Origin: Nitrospinaceae bacterium
GTDB lineage: Bacteria; Nitrospinota; Nitrospinia; Nitrospinales; VA-1
Length of the DNA stretch: 34,930 nt
Assembly (NCBI GenBank): GCA_029261435.1
Contig: JAJDBI010000112.1
Coordinates: forward strand, 1 to 34,930
Direction: 5' to 3'
Shown: piece by piece, positions 14,945-24,444 of the stretch
Position numbering within the stretch: the first letter of the stretch is position 1
Layout of the letters: each line of letters starts with the position of its first letter
Notes under the pieces: generated by a model
Told to the model about the DNA's origin: nothing
The model's database searches: none
What the model saw: only the letters and a program-made list of their open reading frames with translations
Program-made: the position numbers and the translations under genes

Positions 14945-16744
14945 TTATAACGTTTTCAAGTACTCGATGATAGCGAGACGTTCTTCTGGAGCGAGCTTAG
15001 GGCCAATAATGCCGTTGCCCCTACCTCCGTCATTGAATTCATGACCGGAGTTGGAACTCCCTTTAATGGAAGTGTCCAGCTCAAAGCCTCCAGAAAAGGA
15101 GCCGGTATTGAAGCCCACGTGTACCGGATCAAACTCTTTACTTCCAAGGAAAAAAGTTTTAGATCTCTCGTAAACAGGAGAAAGTAATTCGTAAAGGTTG
15201 GGAACCGACCCGTTGTGAAGAAACGGGGCTGTTGCCCAAACACCATTTAGAGGCCGGGCTTTGTAACCCCAGGGGGCTTGAATCAAGTTCTTGCGGTACC
15301 CGTTCATCCGATCCCGTTCCTCGGGAGGAATATTGTTAGCGTCGTACCAATAATTGTTCACATTTTCGACCACTTTTCCCAGAGCCGGGCCCATGTGCGT
15401 TCCTTCAGTTATTGGAATCCATTTATTAGTTTTTTCCAGGACCCCTGCATTTTTAACCACTCGCGTGTTGAAATTATCAAGAAGTGTGCGATCGGTTCCT
15501 ACTTGATCAATTTCAATGACATTTAGGTGCAGCAACCAAGGCCCAAACTTTTTGGTCCAGTATTTTGGATCACCACTTTCGAGATCTTTTTTCAACTCGG
15601 CCATGGGTGGAAGGTGACACCCCTGGCAATGCATGTCATACAAATTCTTGCCCTGTTCAGCTTTGGATTGATTGATTTGACCCAGTGTTTCTACGGGCCA
15701 TTTTGGAGACATGAGCCCATTGCTAAAAGGTTTTTCCCCGGCCAGCCATTGCTCGATATGAAAAAGATTGCGAACTTGGACGGTTGATTTATAGAGGTCT
15801 TGTTCTTTTCTCAAGTTGACAGGAGCCTGCACACCAAGAGCCTCTCCAGCATTACGAATCATGGGTTGGTGAATGGAAGCATTGTATTGCACCCAGTCGA
15901 ACCAGGATGAATCCCAGATATGCGGATAGTTAACCGGTGCATCCACTGGAGAAAGGTTTGCTGTGTTTATGGGGCCGGGGGGATTGGTGTTATTCATGCT
16001 CCAGCCGAAAACCTGGTTGAGAATACGACCCAACGCATCGGTACGAGCAAACCCTCCTTCCACCACCTCCAGTTCCAGTTTGTCATTAACTTCTGCTTGC
16101 TTGACTCCCGCATCGATTAGATTTTTAAAACTTGTTTTGAGTTTCTTGGCTGTCTCCTTGGAATAGGCAGTTTTTAAAACCCTTTTGGCAAAACGATCAA
16201 ACCTGCCCGGTACATAATAGGTATACGCCACTGAAAGCCCAACGGCTTTTTGAAAATCCGCGAGGTGGGTCATGGCGGGTCCACCTTCAATACGAATACC
16301 GATGGTTTTTCCATTTTTCTTAATGTGAAGCTCGGCTGTGTGGCAGGCCGCGCAAGTCAGGCCAAGCATAGGCATTTTTGCGCCACTAATAGGATCTGTG
16401 AAATCGGGGTCGAGGGCAAACCCTATGGGTAGATTATTGGGATTCAGCTTTGAGTCATAATTGGTATCGGGAATGAATCCGATTCTTGCTAAATAATCAC
16501 CATGACTGAGTAACTCGGGATCGCTGAAAAAAGTTAAGGTGGGTTGTTCAAGAGACACAAACCAGTCATAAGGAAGAACCCGCGTTCCTTGTGGGGTGTA
16601 ATAAAACTTCTGCCGTATTTCTGTCGACCAGTTCTGGTCCAGAAACTGATTCTCATCGACCTTTTGTAATTCGGGTAATGTTGACATGCAACCCGTTATG
16701 GAAAATAGAATATACAAAGCGGCCCAATGCCTGAAGCTTTTCAT
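14945..16744 (-). CDS. di-heme cytochrome c lipoprotein, RoxA-like / cytochrome c peroxidase superfamily
   Basis: Lipobox ITGC, two CxxCH motifs (CAACH, CQGCH), YKARPLNGVWATAPFLHNGSVPNL and terminal IIEYLKTL. Confidence 0.85.
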   Translation of the reverse strand: MKSFRHWAALYILFSITGCMSTLPELQKVDENQFLDQNWSTEIRQKFYYTPQGTRVLPYDWFVSLEQPTLTFFSDPELLSHGDYLARIGFIPDTNYDSKLNPNNLPIGFALDPDFTDPISGAKMPMLGLTCAACHTAELHIKKNGKTIGIRIEGGPAMTHLADFQKAVGLSVAYTYYVPGRFDRFAKRVLKTAYSKETAKKLKTSFKNLIDAGVKQAEVNDKLELEVVEGGFARTDALGRILNQVFGWSMNNTNPPGPINTANLSPVDAPVNYPHIWDSSWFDWVQYNASIHQPMIRNAGEALGVQAPVNLRKEQDLYKSTVQVRNLFHIEQWLAGEKPFSNGLMSPKWPVETLGQINQSKAEQGKNLYDMHCQGCHLPPMAELKKDLESGDPKYWTKKFGPWLLHLNVIEIDQVGTDRTLLDNFNTRVVKNAGVLEKTNKWIPITEGTHMGPALGKVVENVNNYWYDANNIPPEERDRMNGYRKNLIQAPWGYKARPLNGVWATAPFLHNGSVPNLYELLSPVYERSKTFFLGSKEFDPVHVGFNTGSFSGGFELDTSIKGSSNSGHEFNDGGRGNGIIGPKLAPEERLAIIEYLKTL

Positions 16745-17023
16745 GTTCTTTGTCCTCTCTTAGAATATCTAAATTGGAGTGGGTTGTTTTTTCGTAAACC
16801 GAAAAAATATTATACCCGAAAGGTTTGACTTTGGAAGGGGTTTGCGGGGGATAAACAAGTTTTTGTTTGGTTAGTGATTTGTTTTCATGTGTTTATGTGT
16901 TTTCTTGTTGTGTCTTCAAGTCCAGTTCTTGATGTGTATATTTTTGGTTATTGGAACATGCTCTTTTTATTTTTGGAGTTCCAAATTTTGGGGAGGTAGA
17001 TAGATTTTTTTTTAGCCAACCCA

Positions 17024-17566
17024 TTAATTCAAACTCCTCACGGCACGGACGCCGCCATGTTGACAGTTGCTTAGGTTGCGCCAAAAAGCACGCCCGGTTA
17101 CAAAATAAGCCGTGCGGGCACAACAATCTGCAAGATCATTTTCATCAAACTCTGCGGCCCAGTACCAATAGGCCGCTCCATCGGCAAAGAGTTCCGACAG
17201 GGCTAGAGGTTCTTCCGGATTGTGGTCCCAGGCCATGTTGTTTTCTTTTGTATCGTCATAAATCATTCCATATTCGATGGCCTTGGGAAGCCTCCAGTCT
17301 TTATACCCGCCTGTTTCAAGGTTCCCGACATATTCCCTGGCCTGATACCAGTTCAAACACTTTCCTAGATCGGCATAGCTGTCTTTTTGGGTCCACATCA
17401 AATGAGTCTTGGTTTCGGTCAATGTTCCATCGCCATTATCGACCAGATGGACCCGGGACTTTGGCGGCGGTGGAGGTACCCAGGGGGGTGCCTCGTAAGG
17501 TTCGGCCCAGGCTGACATGGTATTCAGCAAGAACAAGACGATGACTGTGGTGCTTTTGTAAATCAT
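17024..17566 (-). CDS. secreted DUF1566 (Lcl C-terminal) domain protein
   Basis: DNGDGT...LMWTQ, W.QA..Y...L..GGYKDWRLP, YWYW and terminal VRAVR; GGAGGA RBS before ATG 17566; signal peptide. Confidence 0.85.
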   Translation of the reverse strand: MIYKSTTVIVLFLLNTMSAWAEPYEAPPWVPPPPPKSRVHLVDNGDGTLTETKTHLMWTQKDSYADLGKCLNWYQAREYVGNLETGGYKDWRLPKAIEYGMIYDDTKENNMAWDHNPEEPLALSELFADGAAYWYWAAEFDENDLADCCARTAYFVTGRAFWRNLSNCQHGGVRAVRSLN

Positions 17567-17609
17567 TATTAGTTCCTCCGTCTTTTTTTTGCCACTGGTC
17601 GTTGACCGG

Positions 17610-20183
17610 TTAGTTTTCACTTTCCCGGAGTGTCTTCAAGGGTTTTTCGCGAATCACATCAAGGCTACTCAAGATTCCTGTAGCGACTGTGATCAAAACC
17701 GCAAACCAGAATCCCCAGGCCATTGTGACGGGTTGTAAATGCCAGTCGGATTTGATCATATACTTCATCACCGCCCAGGAAAGTCCCTGCGCCAGTCCGA
17801 TACCTACGAATGCTGAAATGACTCCCAGTGTGGCGTACTCGATTCCTAAAATGGAGGCGACAACTTTGCGCCTTGCTCCGAGTATTTTTAGAACCGCCGA
17901 TTCTCGCAGACGTCGAAACTTGGTAGACGCGATAGAACCGGAGAGGATGAACAGTCCGGCGGCAATGGCGAATCCCGACATGAAATCGACAAGAGTGGTC
18001 AGCCTGGCAACCGTGGACTTAAGAGTGTTGACAATATCGCGTGTGCTTAAAGCGGTGATGTTGGGCAGTGCCTCTACAACGGCGTGTTGCAGTTGCATCT
18101 CTATTGAGTCAGGTACATTGACTGTGGCTACATAGGTCAGTGGAGCGTCTTGCAGGGCTCCGGGTGAATAGATCATGTAGAAATTTGTGCGCATGTTGCG
18201 CCAGTTTACTTTGCGGATGCTGGTCACTGTGGCACTAACAGGAATGCCCTGAATGTCGATGGTGAGCTGCGATCCGATTTTAGCTTTCAATCTTTTTGCC
18301 GCATCTTCTTCCAGGGATACTTCGGAATTATTGGCACGGGTTTCATCCCACCATTTCCCTTCGATGACTTCGTTGTCCTTCGGGGGTGGACCGGCCATAT
18401 AGGTTAAAACAAATTCGCGATTGATGAACCACTCTTCCCGTTTCTTGTCCTTATACACCCAGTCTGCGATCAGCCTTTCATCAACACTGTGCAGACGTGA
18501 GCGCACCAGAGGTGTGAGGGTGCGCTCTGCTTCTGGCGCGACCCTGTTAAGAACTTCGGTGAAAACTTCTTTCTGATCATGCTGGATATCAATGAAGAAA
18601 TAATTTGGCGGACTCACCTCGGTATTCTTGTTCAACATTGCCAGCATATCCATTTGCACGAGTCGGACAGTGAGAATCAACATGATGCCCATGCCAAGGC
18701 AGGTGATGATGGCGTTGGCCTGATTGTTGGGTCGACTGAGATTGGACATTCCATAACGACGGGTCATGGAGCCGGATTGAGGCAACGTTTTTAAAAGTTT
18801 TAAAAGAATAAAAGATGCCAGTGCAAGCACTCCTGCTGAAATCACCAACGCAGACAGAAAAATCAAGCCGCGCTTTATGGATTCTGCCTGCCAGCAAATC
18901 ATAGCGGCCAGGCCCAGCCCCAGTGTCAGGGAAGCGAGCCACCCTTCCCATCGAGTTCCCTGCTTTTCTTCCTCTTCAAAGTTGCGGCGGAACAGGCGCA
19001 GGGGTCGGGTTCTTACTGCGCGGATTAAAGGCCACATGCAAAACAAAAGAGTGGTGGTGCAACCAAGAAGAAGTGATTGCAAAGCCGGGACCCAATAGAA
19101 GACCGGTTCAAGAGTTAGATTAATCAGTCCTTCCATTTTTGGCGGAAGCAGGAACGTGAGTGAGAATCCAAGGCCCACACCTAAAAGACTGCCTGCCAGA
19201 CCCATCAACATGGATTGAAGCAAATACACTTTGAACAAAGTTTTGGATGATGCTCCAAGACAATTCAAAATCGCCAGTGTGTCGAGTTTCTGTGCCATGA
19301 AGGTTCGCACGATCATGGCGACACCGATGCCTCCCATGAGCAGGGCGATGACACCGAGGGCACCGAGATATTGGCCCATGCGTTCAATTGAGCTGGATAA
19401 AGAGGACTGCATGTCCTTATAGGTGCGAACAGAAGTTGATTTGTCGGTCAAGCCTGTCTCCAGAAGCACCTGGGCTTTTTCCAGGTCAAAGCTGCGGGGC
19501 AGTCTTATGAGTGTTCTGTGTTTGACTCGGCTCCCCGGTTGAACCAGCCCGGATTCATCCAAAGAGGAGCGGGAAATAAATACCCGTGGGCCTATACTGA
19601 AGGCTCTTGAGATGCGATCCGGCTCTGAGAGCACGACCCCATTGATGCGCACTTTGATTTTCCCCAGAGAAAACAGCTCTCCTTGCTTTAAACCTGTTTT
19701 TAACAGGAAGGAAGGTTCTACCACAGCACCACCATCAGTTAACAACTCTTGTAATGGTTTTTGTGGCTGGGTTTTAAATTCTCCGTAGAAGGGATATTGT
19801 GGTCCATCGATGGGAATGGTTTTGAGTTCGGTGATCAGGGAGGCTGGTTTTTCTCCTCCCTTGGGGTTTTTGAATTGCGCCATGCCGTGAAGTTCCTTGA
19901 TAAAAAGGAACTCGGTTTCAGCAGGTAAAACATTTTTTTGATACTCCAGGTCTTTTTGGCTTTGTTCCCAGCTTCCCTTGATAGCAAGGTCGGCGGATAA
20001 CAGTCCTTTTGCCTGACCTTGTATGGTTTCTCCGACGAGGTTGGAAAAACTTTTAACCGTCATCACAGCGCCGACACCGATGGCGATGCAAAGAACAAAA
20101 AACAGCATCCTGCGTTTGGCGCCACGCGACTCAGCGATTACTAATGCAAAAAGTTGTCGAAGATTTAATTGCGAAGTTTTCAT
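17610..20183 (-). CDS. ybbP: YbbP-like ABC transporter permease (FtsX/MacB family)
   Basis: Two FtsX-like halves, PNYFFIDIQ and VTSIRKVNW..MRTNF motifs; ATGA overlap with the ATPase gene. Confidence 0.85.
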   Translation of the reverse strand: MKTSQLNLRQLFALVIAESRGAKRRMLFFVLCIAIGVGAVMTVKSFSNLVGETIQGQAKGLLSADLAIKGSWEQSQKDLEYQKNVLPAETEFLFIKELHGMAQFKNPKGGEKPASLITELKTIPIDGPQYPFYGEFKTQPQKPLQELLTDGGAVVEPSFLLKTGLKQGELFSLGKIKVRINGVVLSEPDRISRAFSIGPRVFISRSSLDESGLVQPGSRVKHRTLIRLPRSFDLEKAQVLLETGLTDKSTSVRTYKDMQSSLSSSIERMGQYLGALGVIALLMGGIGVAMIVRTFMAQKLDTLAILNCLGASSKTLFKVYLLQSMLMGLAGSLLGVGLGFSLTFLLPPKMEGLINLTLEPVFYWVPALQSLLLGCTTTLLFCMWPLIRAVRTRPLRLFRRNFEEEEKQGTRWEGWLASLTLGLGLAAMICWQAESIKRGLIFLSALVISAGVLALASFILLKLLKTLPQSGSMTRRYGMSNLSRPNNQANAIITCLGMGIMLILTVRLVQMDMLAMLNKNTEVSPPNYFFIDIQHDQKEVFTEVLNRVAPEAERTLTPLVRSRLHSVDERLIADWVYKDKKREEWFINREFVLTYMAGPPPKDNEVIEGKWWDETRANNSEVSLEEDAAKRLKAKIGSQLTIDIQGIPVSATVTSIRKVNWRNMRTNFYMIYSPGALQDAPLTYVATVNVPDSIEMQLQHAVVEALPNITALSTRDIVNTLKSTVARLTTLVDFMSGFAIAAGLFILSGSIASTKFRRLRESAVLKILGARRKVVASILGIEYATLGVISAFVGIGLAQGLSWAVMKYMIKSDWHLQPVTMAWGFWFAVLITVATGILSSLDVIREKPLKTLRESEN

Positions 20184-20854
20184 GGATTCGTTTGATCTGA
20201 AATGATCTGTCCATCCGCAAGGGTCAGAATGCGTTCAGAGCGTTCGGCAACATGGAGTTCGTGTGTTACAAGTATAATGGTGGCCTGCTTCACTCTATGA
20301 AGTTCGAGTATGAGTTTGATGATGCGGTCGCTGTTTTTGGAATCGAGATTTCCTGTGGGTTCATCGGCGAGAATGATATCGGGTTCATTGATAAAAGCCC
20401 GGGCCAGAGACAGGCGTTGTTGTTCTCCGCCGGAAAGTTGTGCGGGGTAATGATGCAGACGGTCGCCCAGACCTACAGTGCCCAAAAGATCTGTGGCTTT
20501 TTTGGTCGCGCCGGGAGTGTTGTTCAATTCGGCTGAAAGGACTACGTTTTCCAGTGCTGTCAAAGTAGGGATGAGGTGAAAATTCTGGAATATGAAACCA
20601 AACCGTTTTCCGCGCAGGAGCGCAAGTTCATCCTCATCGAGTTTCGTGATATCCTGCTCGTCAATCACGATTTGACCGCTGGTCGGGGTGTCCAGCCCTG
20701 CGATCAGGCTGAGAAGGGTGGTTTTACCGCTTCCCGATTGTCCGGTGATTGCTATAAACTGGCCTGTAGGAACTGTGAGGTCGATAGATTTCAGAATTTC
20801 GACTTTATGTCCACCGCCGTGCAGGGTTTTTACTAAACCGATTGTTTCAATCAA
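20180..20854 (-). CDS. ybbA: YbbA/LolD-like ABC ATPase
   Basis: [16 protein letters not shown] and [11 protein letters not shown] motifs; TTG start. Confidence 0.9.
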   Translation of the reverse strand: MIETIGLVKTLHGGGHKVEILKSIDLTVPTGQFIAITGQSGSGKTTLLSLIAGLDTPTSGQIVIDEQDITKLDEDELALLRGKRFGFIFQNFHLIPTLTALENVVLSAELNNTPGATKKATDLLGTVGLGDRLHHYPAQLSGGEQQRLSLARAFINEPDIILADEPTGNLDSKNSDRIIKLILELHRVKQATIILVTHELHVAERSERILTLADGQIISDQTNP

Positions 20855-20906
20855 AGGCTGTTACCATTTAGTGTCAGATTTTTATATATTGTAGTATAAA
20901 AATATA

Positions 20907-21551
20907 ATGGTCGTTTTGCTAAACTTTATACATACTTTTCGCGCAGTTTTATTGCTGGGTGCGTTTTTGGTGTTGTCCTCGACACCGGTATTATCGAAGG
21001 AGAAGGCTGTGGTTTTAGCGTTTGGAGACAGTTTGACGGCGGGCTATGGCGTGAAGGATGAAGAGAGCTATCCTTCCAGGTTGCAGGTGAAGATCACCTC
21101 TGCCGGGTTTCCGCATAAAGTGGTCAATGCCGGGGTGAGTGGAGACACCACTGCCGGTGGTGTGCGCCGCATCCGCTGGTTGATGAAGCATGAACCGGAA
21201 ATCGTCATTCTGGCATTGGGTGCCAATGATGGGTTGCGCGGACTTTCTGTCGCTGAAATGCGGAAAAACCTGGAAACCATGATTGCAATCTGCCGCGAAC
21301 ACAACGCGCAAATTTTACTTGCCGGAATGAAGGCCCTGCCTAATTATGGTGAAGATTATATGCGGGAGTTTGAAACAGTCTTTCCTGAGCTTGCTAAAAA
21401 ACACGACTTGATTTTTCTCCCGTTTTTACTGGAGGGGGTCGCAGGGGAACGTGCGCATACTCAGCCCGATGGTTTGCATCCTCTTTCTTCAGGATACAGC
21501 ATTGTCACTGATCTGGTCTGGCAACAGCTTGAACCGATGTTGTCCAAGTAA
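20907..21551 (+). CDS. tesA: arylesterase / acyl-CoA thioesterase I (SGNH-GDSL)
   Basis: FGDSLTAGYG, NAGVSGDTT, LGANDGLRG and DGLHP motifs; divergent from ybbAP as in E. coli. Confidence 0.92.
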   Translation: MVVLLNFIHTFRAVLLLGAFLVLSSTPVLSKEKAVVLAFGDSLTAGYGVKDEESYPSRLQVKITSAGFPHKVVNAGVSGDTTAGGVRRIRWLMKHEPEIVILALGANDGLRGLSVAEMRKNLETMIAICREHNAQILLAGMKALPNYGEDYMREFETVFPELAKKHDLIFLPFLLEGVAGERAHTQPDGLHPLSSGYSIVTDLVWQQLEPMLSK

Positions 21552-21552
21552 A

Positions 21553-21640
21553 TGATTAGTTATCAGTAGATTTGAAATGTTGGGTGACGTCAGCGAACTT
21601 CAATTTTACAATTGTCGGCTATCGGCCAAAAGCGGACATT
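21553..21640 (+). repeat. left degenerate direct repeat of the accessory block
   Basis: TGATTAGTTATCAGT (identical to 24996-25010), GCGAACTTCAA and TGTCGGCT...AGCGGACATT palindrome; aligns with 25050-25118. Confidence 0.7.
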
Positions 21641-21946
21641 TACCACTTCGAAAAGCACAGATTACGTAGAGTGGAAACCTCAAGGGTAATCGAACCTTTG
21701 TTTCCCGAGTGGGAGGCCGACGAACCACACTTCTATAACCGTTCAAGATCAGGAGGCTCGTCTGATAATCCAAAAATTTTAATACGTTACGAAAGCACTA
21801 ATAAAATGAGAATGGAATGATGTGTGCTCAAAAGTCCCGCAAGGGACTCGCAGTATTTGTGCAACTTCGAAGTTTTGATTAAGGTTTAGTAAGTCAGCAT
21901 CCATGACTACGTCATGTCGCGATTTGCCACGGTCAATAAAAAATAG

Positions 21947-22267
21947 CTAAGAAGGCAGACTTAAAATTATCTCATCGTTTTCTATCTTTACCGGATAAGT
22001 GTCAACGTAACACCCGTCATCACACCTGTCGAGAGTAATACATTCCCCACTGGTGATATCAAATTGCCAATCGTGGGCGGGGCAGGTCACCAGTTTGCCA
22101 TTTAGTTTGCCGGTTCCCAAAGAAGCTCCCACGTGTGGGCATTCATCGTCAAAAGCAAAAACCTCACCATCAATGCTAAACATGGCTATCTGCTGCTCAC
22201 CGACGGTAAATGTTTTGCCATGGCCATCGTGTACATGTTGCCATTTTCCTAAATTATGTTCGGTCAT
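21947..22267 (-). CDS. Rieske [2Fe-2S] ferredoxin (NirD-like / dioxygenase ferredoxin)
   Basis: CPH...CPAH.W.FD..SG.C; AGGAG RBS. Confidence 0.92.
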   Translation of the reverse strand: MTEHNLGKWQHVHDGHGKTFTVGEQQIAMFSIDGEVFAFDDECPHVGASLGTGKLNGKLVTCPAHDWQFDITSGECITLDRCDDGCYVDTYPVKIENDEIILSLPS

Positions 22268-22576
22268 AATTCTCCTTCTTATATAGTGAAAGGTAACTAT
22301 TCATTATGACCCCTTTTAGAATAGGGAAGTAAAAGAAAGCGTTTGGGGTGTCAGATTGCCTACCCTGTATTTTATTCACAACGGTAATCTGCTCCAGAAA
22401 ACGAGCAATACCCCACTTATTCTTGCTAAACATCTAACTATTTGTGAAGGAAGATTAACCAAAATTAATCTTAATTACCTAGCTATATGAACTAGTCAGA
22501 GTATTCTGATAGTAACCTTTCCTCTATTACTAATCGAGCTTGGGGAATAAAACACAACTCGGGATTTCTAAATATT

Positions 22577-22603
22577 GCCACTCCCCCTTTGGAGTGGCTT
22601 TTT
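22577..22603 (+). terminator. intrinsic terminator with no upstream same-strand CDS
   Basis: GCCACTCC-CCCTTT-GGAGTGGC followed by TTTTT. Confidence 0.7.
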
Positions 22604-22644
22604 ATTTACCTTCAATGCTTGAAGTTAAAAAGGCAGGTGGCTCT

Positions 22645-22821
22645 ATGCATGAAGTCAAAGTTTTCGATAGCCTCGGAAAATTAAAAAAGATCATATCAGA
22701 GCGAACTTTAATTACACGCTCTAACAAGCAACTGGAAACTCCGTCAATGTTCAGGAAAAATAAAAGAGGGCGACCATGGTCAAAGTCTACTAAAGCTCAA
22801 CAAAAAGTTGAAACACCATAG
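22645..22821 (+). CDS. small basic hypothetical protein (58 aa)
   Basis: AGGTGG RBS before ATG 22645; MHEVKVFDSLGKLKKIIS... Lys/Arg-rich. Confidence 0.6.
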   Translation: MHEVKVFDSLGKLKKIISERTLITRSNKQLETPSMFRKNKRGRPWSKSTKAQQKVETP

Positions 22822-22879
22822 CAATTATCCAGAAACCCTGGTTTCACCTTAAAACTCTCTAAACAAGAATCGAGGCCAA

Positions 22880-23212
22880 ATGATCACAGATCGTTATACA
22901 AAAATCATATTAACTGTTCTCACTATTGCATTAATCCTCAATGTTTTTGACCGATGGATCGCTCCCTCTCATGCGGTGGCAGCAGAAAATACGTCCCTTG
23001 ATATAAACAAAAACCATAACAACTGCTCATCAGTAAACAAAAATTCGATAAAAATTATGGATGGAGTAAATAACGTAGAAAGATTGCTGGGATACATCGA
23101 ATCTTCGGTGAATGACATTCAATTAACCATTTTAGGCATTGATCGAAAGTTGAATAAGTCGTCTTCCAGTAGCTCATGGAACAAGGGCGAATTGATTGTC
23201 ACAAGAGAATAA
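22880..23212 (+). CDS. hypothetical exported or membrane-anchored protein
   Basis: GAGG RBS; DRYTKIILTVLTIALILN N-terminal anchor; heptad-like C-terminal half. Confidence 0.65.
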   Translation: MITDRYTKIILTVLTIALILNVFDRWIAPSHAVAAENTSLDINKNHNNCSSVNKNSIKIMDGVNNVERLLGYIESSVNDIQLTILGIDRKLNKSSSSSSWNKGELIVTRE

Positions 23213-23213
23213 G

Positions 23214-23384
23214 ATGGAAGACCTTGCGTTTTTTACCCTGGTCGCTTCAATGATTGCTAATTTTATCGTTTTAGGTATTTCACTCAATCGACCTGATTCT
23301 TTTTCCCCTGTCATTCTTTCTTCCATTTCCATTTCTCTGCAAGCATACGCATTGCGGTTGATCGCTATGAACGCTGTTAGCTGA
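23214..23384 (+). CDS. small two-TM hypothetical protein
   Basis: ATG 1 nt after the previous stop; two hydrophobic segments. Confidence 0.5.
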   Translation: MEDLAFFTLVASMIANFIVLGISLNRPDSFSPVILSSISISLQAYALRLIAMNAVS

Positions 23385-23467
23385 ATTACTCAAATTAAAC
23401 AAATAGGTAGTTTTAATCATTTCTGTTCACAAAAAATTGATTTGAAGAAAACCACACTGACCATCAA

Positions 23468-24397
23468 ATGAAAAACATAATGTCGGAATCATTGGACCTT
23501 TTGAAGGTCCAATACTCCTTTACTAAGGCAGATGAAGGTTTACTTCTACAAATGAAACCTCACTTGGAATCTCATGTCGTTGAATTTTTGGATGGCTTTT
23601 ATGAGTCGATTTGGAAACTCGGAAATGTCTCTGAATTCTTTGAAAATGATCTGGCATTCAATCAGCATCGCGACATTATTCGTCAATGGTACCTTGACCT
23701 ATTCGCTGGGGCTTATGGAGCTGATTATTTTTTAAGTCTTGCAAAAATCAGAGAGGCACACGCAAAGTTGGCAATCCCTACCCACCATATGATGGCATTA
23801 TTTTACTTTACTCCAACATTTACCATAGACACTATCCAGAAGCATAATTATGACGATAATTACTTGTCCAAAAGGATTAAGGCAATTGAAAAAATCCTGG
23901 CAATTAACTTAGACATTTTAACGGGTTCCGTTCGAGAAATTGAAACAAGCCAATCTTCATCCATTTCCAGGCTTGAAGTTAAGTTACTTAGATATCTACA
24001 TACTGTTGGGGCCTATTTCAATTATCTGCTTATGGGAGCCCTTGTGATGGTGGCAACTTTCGCGATTGGGTTGTTCGGGTATGATATTTATCTCTTGTTT
24101 TCAGGGAACGCTTCTATTGAAATTGGCATTTTAACCACTTTAGGAAGTCTACTGATACTTTGGGCAGCGATTGAGTTAATCAATGAGGAAATTAAACATT
24201 TGAGCGGTGGAAGCTCTGCCTTGGTTGCATTTATAACACTTGCTATTGCGGCATTGATTCGGAAAATATTAATTGTTTCTCTCTCTCCAGATAAGACAAA
24301 CGAAATCCTTATGTATGGGCTATTAGTACTGCTTCTAAGTATTTCTTATTGGACAATTTCACTTACATTGAAACCTCAAAAGCTTCAGGTGAATTGA
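23468..24397 (+). CDS. protoglobin / globin-coupled sensor fused to PsiE-like membrane domain
   Basis: FTKADEGLL...DGFY...QWYLDLFAGAYGADY...IREAH globin pattern; C-terminal four TM with AIAALIRKILI PsiE-type motif. Confidence 0.8.
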   Translation: MKNIMSESLDLLKVQYSFTKADEGLLLQMKPHLESHVVEFLDGFYESIWKLGNVSEFFENDLAFNQHRDIIRQWYLDLFAGAYGADYFLSLAKIREAHAKLAIPTHHMMALFYFTPTFTIDTIQKHNYDDNYLSKRIKAIEKILAINLDILTGSVREIETSQSSSISRLEVKLLRYLHTVGAYFNYLLMGALVMVATFAIGLFGYDIYLLFSGNASIEIGILTTLGSLLILWAAIELINEEIKHLSGGSSALVAFITLAIAALIRKILIVSLSPDKTNEILMYGLLVLLLSISYWTISLTLKPQKLQVN

Positions 24398-24444
24398 TCC
24401 ATAATCATTATTAAACCAAACTTTCATCAGGAAAGAAGGCTGAA

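Noticed and set aside
16951-17544. 197-aa plus-strand ORF
   Set aside because: Antisense to the DUF1566 gene, with Arg/His/Pro-rich non-protein-like composition.
17024-17566. DUF1566 protein as a diversity-generating retroelement target
   Set aside because: No reverse transcriptase and no template-repeat copy of its 3' end were seen.
21572-21820. 82-aa ORF after tesA
   Set aside because: TTG start without an RBS; it runs through the repeat and palindrome and has no recognisable motif.
21825-21860. AGTCCC-GCAA-GGGACT GNRA hairpin as a c-di-GMP-I riboswitch
   Set aside because: The flanking GGCAAAC and GACGCAAAGC consensus and the second stem are missing, and no plus-strand gene follows.
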